Source: Priapulus caudatus (Eukaryota). From it: DNA of 56,475 bases. Each line of letters starts with the position of its first letter. Positions within the stretch are counted from its first letter, which is position 1. The stretch is taken from positions 264,793 to 321,267 of the forward strand of contig NW_014577085.1 of the NCBI RefSeq assembly GCF_000485595.1, read 5' to 3'. Positions 13,389 to 56,475 of the stretch are shown in pieces. A model generated the notes under the pieces. The model did no database searches. It was not told where the DNA came from and saw only the letters and a program-made list of their open reading frames with translations. Made by a program: the position numbers and the translations under genes.

Positions 13389-13472
13389 ATGGGAGTATCA
13401 GTCACGATGATAGAGCGCGATCCTACGAAATGGATGTGTTTAAATAACCAAAATTTATTACCATCAAAAGAC
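13389..13472 (+). CDS. Candidate first coding exon of the PDE7-like gene (MGVSVTMIERDPTKWMCLNNQNLLPSKD)
   Basis: aagATGG start context and a phase-0 donor GAC|GTACGC compatible with the phase-0 acceptor at 18306. No homology support. Confidence 0.3.
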
Positions 13473-13505
13473 GTACGCCCGTCACTGGAATTTGTAGATC
13501 TGTTT

Positions 13506-13537
<32 letters not shown>

Positions 13538-14152
13538 CGTGTAGATGATTTCTGTTCCAAGCCTGTGATTTATTATTGGTTATCGTATCCATTGTTAAAA
13601 TATATTAATTTCTAAAGGTTGTTGAGTTGTAATGCATGACAGCCCAATAACCTTTTGTATAGATATGTTAAAGCATAGGTTAAAGTGAGCGAGAGTACAA
13701 CTACGTAGTACTTAATAATATCGGAGATTTCCAGTGCTTACCATACGTACGTATAGAAATACTGATGCTGTTACCATAGCAACTATGATAAATCACCACA
13801 AATGAAAATTGCCGCATTAATGCACAGTTCTACGTAAAGGTAATACATTTAGGGCCTTTATATTCTTATATTCCTAATAGGAATTTTATCAGAAACCACG
13901 TTTTCGTAATTGCGGCCTATATATTCCTTTTTAAAATGTTATATCGGAAAGTAGTCCGCCAGGAAAAAATCGTTTGTCCATGTATGTTTTCATCACTACC
14001 TGTATTGAAAAGGAGAGAGGAAGAGTGGTGATCTACCGAATAAACCTGAATTTAATTTAACTATTTATATCCCTATTTTTCACTTATTTATTGTGATAGT
14101 TAAATGTGTAAGTATAATTAAAATAGTTTGCTTGAAGCCGCAATTTGCTTGA

Positions 14153-14208
14153 ATATTATCAAGAGTACATGATAGACATACATCTCTATTATGTACTCTT
14201 GATAATAT
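14153..14208. repeat. 56-nt hairpin with TATCAAGAG...CTCTTGATA termini
   Basis: Perfect 18-bp inverted repeat ATATTATCAAGAGTACAT/ATGTACTCTTGATAATAT, extendable to 24 bp with one G-T pair. Confidence 0.85.
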
Positions 14209-14595
14209 CTCTATTCCTGCACCTGTCAATAAAAATTTATCTCAGCAAAGTTCAATTATGAAACATTTGAGTATATTATAAATAGTTTCCACATTTTAAT
14301 TTACAATGTTAGAAGCACTATTTGTAACTACTAACTAAATAATGTTAGCCGTTATATTCTGTAGCAATGTCATTTTCACCAGTTTATCATTGTAAACCCT
14401 GGAGAATACTCTAGTTGATCTAGTCTGAAAATAGCGAGCTTTTAAAAATCCCATTGGCTAAAATTCAAGAAAAGTGTTTTTCTGATTTATTAGTTGTTGT
14501 TGTTTTCTGCATCACTTTGCCGGATTCTCTGTTATCTATAGTTCGTCGTAAGGTTTCTCCTAAATAAGTAACAGGCACTGATGTTGTAAGGACCC

Positions 14596-14743
14596 ATGCA
14601 TCCATCCATCTATCTTTTCACTCATCCATTTATCCCTCCATCTATCCGACCATCCGTCCGTCCGTTCGTCCACCTACCCACCCATGCATGCATGCATGCA
14701 TGCATGCATCCATCCATCCATGCATCCATGCATGCATCCATCC

Positions 14744-14780
<37 letters not shown>

Positions 14781-14790
14781 NNNNNNNNNN
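14596..14790. repeat. (CATC)n/(CATG)n/(TATC)n microsatellite ending in a 10-N gap
   Basis: Directly visible; gap at 14781-14790. Confidence 0.95.
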
Positions 14791-14819
14791 GAGAGATCGC
14801 ATTATGCATGCTGGTAATT

Positions 14820-16252
14820 AATCTACTGATGACAATCACCATATGGTAATACGTAACTGATCGACATCATCATGTGTTAAATTATACTTATGACTCAATC
14901 ATGTGTTAATTATTATCCTACTGATGATATCTGATGTGCTTAATTACCTACTGCATAGACATCATCATGTGGTAATTACCTTAACCGATAGAGATGTTTA
15001 CGTACTGATAATATCATCATGGCGATAGGCTACCTATGATAAGCACCTATGCTGATACAAACGTAGTTATCGCGCTGCCGCACTACAAGTGAATAGACAA
15101 CTACGAATCTATTCGTTATCAACGCAATGATAATGAGCATAGTAAGCTCCATGACTTGCGAGAAATCAGCTCATAAAACTCACAGCTAAGCATCGCACGG
15201 TAAATTGCAAATTTTTTGTCGAGTTCGGTCGAATGAGACTCCGCCTCTTCGCTGTAACAGAAACAAAATAACACGTCGGTGAAAATGTGTTAGTCGCGGA
15301 GAAAATGCAATGAAGGGTCGACTCGGCGGATGCGCGCAGGGCCGTAACGGAATCGACGTGCTCTATTTACGTCATTCACAATCAAAGTCTCCATTTGACA
15401 CAATAATATTTCAATTCGCACTTCCACGTAAGTGATTGCTACAATGCAACTGCTGGCCGGAATTAATTAAATTTATTCTGCGAAGGTCTTCGATCAACCG
15501 TTGCGCACATCGCGATTTGAACGTATTAGCGTGAAAATTGCAGCGACTATGGCACCGATTGACCAAAAATGGAGAGAAATGTAGACATCTTGGACAATCA
15601 CGGCTGATATACACAATTAAAGTGGGCAGGCGAACTGTAGGCTAATGCACGATTTGTACTTTTCACTACGCAGAACGCATTCTGACCACACGCAGAAAGT
15701 TAAAACATACACGAAAGACATTGCGCCATTTAAAATGATTAAATTGACTTCTAATACTTCAATAGACTATTTATCAGAAAGTGAATTAACGATGCCAAGC
15801 GGGCCGTATTAGGATACACGGGAAAACACATGCAGCGTAGATAATCCTAGATCGATTTGTCTTGCCAAGACTAAACTAGTTTCATTCCAATAAAGAGAAC
15901 AGTATAAGTGTTATTACTTATACTAATACTGTGGTTTTCATAAACTCTTCGTCGGCTTTTTGACGTGTTGCCCTGAGAACGACGTTAACCTGTGTTTTAA
16001 CAGGTAGGCAATATGCAATTATTCATGTGCTTGGAAGAAAAATACATTAATGATATAGCAGATTCCATGACGAGATGGCAATAATTATATGATATTAAAG
16101 AAATAACATATAGTTGCCCAAATATTTACATCCGCGCGTTGATTATATGCAATAATGTAGTAATATTTACTGATGGAATGAGTTGATCGAATTGGATGAC
16201 TAGATAGATAGATAGGATAGATAGATAGATAGATAGATAGAGTTAGATAGAT

Positions 16253-16289
<37 letters not shown>

Positions 16290-16290
16290 G
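14820..16290 (-). repeat. Indel-rich inverted copy of ~17347-18708, including a frameshifted antisense copy of the RRGGV exon (15186-15251)
   Basis: For example GTTCGGTCGAATGAGACTCCGCCTCTTCGCTGTAACAGAAACAAAATAACACGTCGGTG is the reverse complement of 18277-18334. Both outer ends abut 10-N gaps. Confidence 0.9.
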
Positions 16291-16333
16291 GATGGATGCA
16301 TGCATGGATGCATGGATTGGATTGGATGCATGC

Positions 16334-17346
16334 GAAATTTCTGAACTCTCACGATGTAAACAAACTCAAGTCTATGAACATATGTCACATGTGTTGCGTG
16401 CAATCTTCCGATCTGCTCAATCTACGAATCTGCCGACTGTGTGGCATCAGCACCTAAAACTCGCACCTAAAACCCACGATGGTAAACCTGCTTGCAAAAC
16501 CGGGCCTGCGCAATCTCATCGAACTAGCAATTAACACAACCCCAGCTGATAAACCTGTCTGCAAAATCGGGATCCACCTACTGCTAATATCTATTGCAAT
16601 ATTAACACTATAGCCAATGTAAAATCGGTTGATTGTGCAGATCGGCAGATTACACGCAACACGTGTTCGCTCTTTTTGGAACCGAGATGGCCGACGGCAC
16701 AGGATTGTAGGTAATATTGCTAATTTTAGTGCAAATCGCGGAACCCTCTATATTGTGGATGGGGGGTGAGGCTGTTCGCTCCTCGGTCGGCCGATCAGTG
16801 CGAGTCTATAGTTCGCCACTCTAGTGGACGTGTAACGTGAGCGCGCGCTTCGCTGCGCCGGTGAGCATCGTATACCCACCGCGAGTGCTCTGTTAATACT
16901 GCAGGCCGCCGCCGCGCGCGCCCTCCCACGTCTTCTCTCCTTTTAATTACCACTAATGGTTTTGTCACGACCTAGCGGCGGTCGGTCGCTGTATTCGGCG
17001 AGGGAGGCCGCAGTAAGAGGCTTGTATTGTGCTGCCGAGCTCCTGATCTGATACGCGCCAGCCAGCCCGCACACGGTGGCTGCGCTGCGCTAATGGACGC
17101 CTGTACTGCCTGCCTGCTCTCGCTACACGCTCATTGTAGTCGCGTAATGTATGCGCTGGACGTGATTATATGTGGATCGCGCTACAGTTGCCGTCTCTCT
17201 GTTATCACGTATGTGATCAGCTTATCAGTAATGTTTTATCATGTAGTCAGCCTGTTAGTAATGTTTTATTACGTTGTCAGCTTATCAGTAATGTTTTATT
17301 ACGTGGTAATTTTATTAGTAATGTGTTATCACGTGCTCAGCTTATA
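16334..17346 (+). repeat. Direct duplicate of ~20622-21640
   Basis: GAAATTTCTGAACTC...CAAACTCAAGTCTATGAACATATGTCACATGTG through to the 30-bp satellite is present in both; the differences are mostly 1-nt indels. Confidence 0.9.
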
Positions 17347-17385
<39 letters not shown>

Positions 17386-18305
17386 CATCCATTCATCAAT
17401 CATTCCATCAGTAAATATTACTACATTATTGCATATAATCAAGGGCGGATGTAAATATTTGGCAACTATATGTTATTTGCTTTAATATCATATACATGTA
17501 TTGATCGTCCGTCAGTGGAATCTTTGGCTATATCATTAATGTATTTTTCATTCCAAGCACACTGAATAATTGCATATTGCTACCTAGTTAAAACAGGTTA
17601 ACGTCGTTCTCAGGGCAACACGTCCAAAAGCGACGAAGAGTTTTATGAAAAGCCACAGTATTAGTATAAGTAATAATACTTATACTGTTCTCTTTATTGG
17701 AATGAAACTAGTTTAGTCTTGCAGACAATCGATCTAGGGATAATCTACGCCTGCATGTGTTTTCCCGTTTATCCTAATACCCCGTTGCATGTTAATTCAC
17801 TTTCTGATAAATGTCTATTGAAGTATTAAGTCAATTTAATCATTTTAAATGGCAATTCTTTCGTGTATGTTTTAATTTGCTGGTGTGTAAATGCGTTCTG
17901 GTATGTGAAAAGTACAATTGCATTAGCCTACAGTTCGGCCTGCACTTTAATTGTGTATTATTCAGCGTGATTGTCAAGATGTCTACATTTTCTCTCCATT
18001 TTTGTCAATCGGTGCACATAGTCGCATGCAATTTCGCGCAATACGTTCAAATCGCCGAGTGCGCAACGGTGATCGAAGACTTCGCAGAATAAATTTAATT
18101 ATCCGGCCAGCAGTGCATTGTAGTCAATCACTTACGTGGAAGTGCGAATTGAAATATTATTGTGTCAAATGGGAGATTTGCATGTGAATGACGTAAATGA
18201 GCACGTCGATTCGTGACGGCCCTGGACGCGCATCGGCGAGTCGCTGATTGCATTTTCTCTCGACTAACACATTTTCACCGACGTGTTATTTTGTTTCTGT
18301 TACAG

Positions 18306-56037
<37,732 letters not shown>

Positions 56038-56045
56038 CAACCAAA

Positions 56046-56475
56046 ACATCCGTAGCAAATCTAGCAACATCCGTAGCAAATCTAGCAACATCCATAGCAA
56101 CTCTAGCAACATTCGTAGCAAATCTAGCAACATCCGCAGCAAATCTATCAACATCCATAGCAACTCTAGCAACATCCGTAGCAAATCTAGCAACATCCGC
56201 AGCAAATCTATCAACACCCATACCAACTCTAGCAACATCCGTAGCAAATCTAGCAACATCCGTAGCAAATCTATCAACATCCATACCAACTCTAGCAACA
56301 TCCGTAGCAAATCTAGCAACATCCGTAGCAAATCTATCAACATCCATACCAACTCTAGCAACATCCGTAGCAAATCTAGCAACATCCGTAGCAAATCTAT
56401 CAACATCCATACCAACTCTAGCAACATCCGTAGCAAATCTAGCAACATCCGTAGCAAATCTATCTACATCCATAG
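56046..56475. repeat. 21-bp minisatellite (AGCAACATCCGTAGCAAATCT)n with 63-bp higher-order unit, running off the window
   Basis: Tandem units are visible; they explain ORFs 55913-56473 and 55993-56457. Confidence 0.97.

Noticed and set aside
15186..15251. Minus-strand PDE7 pseudo-exon as evidence of a second gene or pseudogene
   Set aside because: It is part of a larger inverted copy bounded by gaps with read-error-like indels; no other exons are duplicated.

Overview
Animal genomic DNA, most likely a draft invertebrate assembly, with four N gaps and several indel-noisy segments that look like raw long-read gap fill. It is dominated by one + strand gene, a PDE7-family high-affinity cAMP phosphodiesterase. 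I could assemble 11 phase-compatible GT-AG exons from 18306 to 56037 (1287 nt, 428 aa plus stop), including a complete catalytic domain. The first exon is not certain; three candidate first exons are at 13389, 33075 and 38993. The remainder is intronic or intergenic: microsatellites, at least 8 minisatellites, two LINE remnants, two hAT-type elements with 5-bp TSDs, a Harbinger-type MITE, a Helentron/HINE-like element, a 4.4-kb foldback-like structure and probable assembly duplications. Almost all ORFs in the supplied track are spurious. The most interesting signals are: (i) an isolated 61-nt exon encoding a PKA pseudosubstrate-type motif (RRGGVS) that an internal promoter exon could bypass; (ii) an intronic 26-bp minisatellite whose every unit is a hairpin plus a CAG|GTGAG splice-site cassette; (iii) a compact array of five co-oriented CTCF-like sites. 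None of these is proven to be a new system; they are hypotheses from sequence alone.
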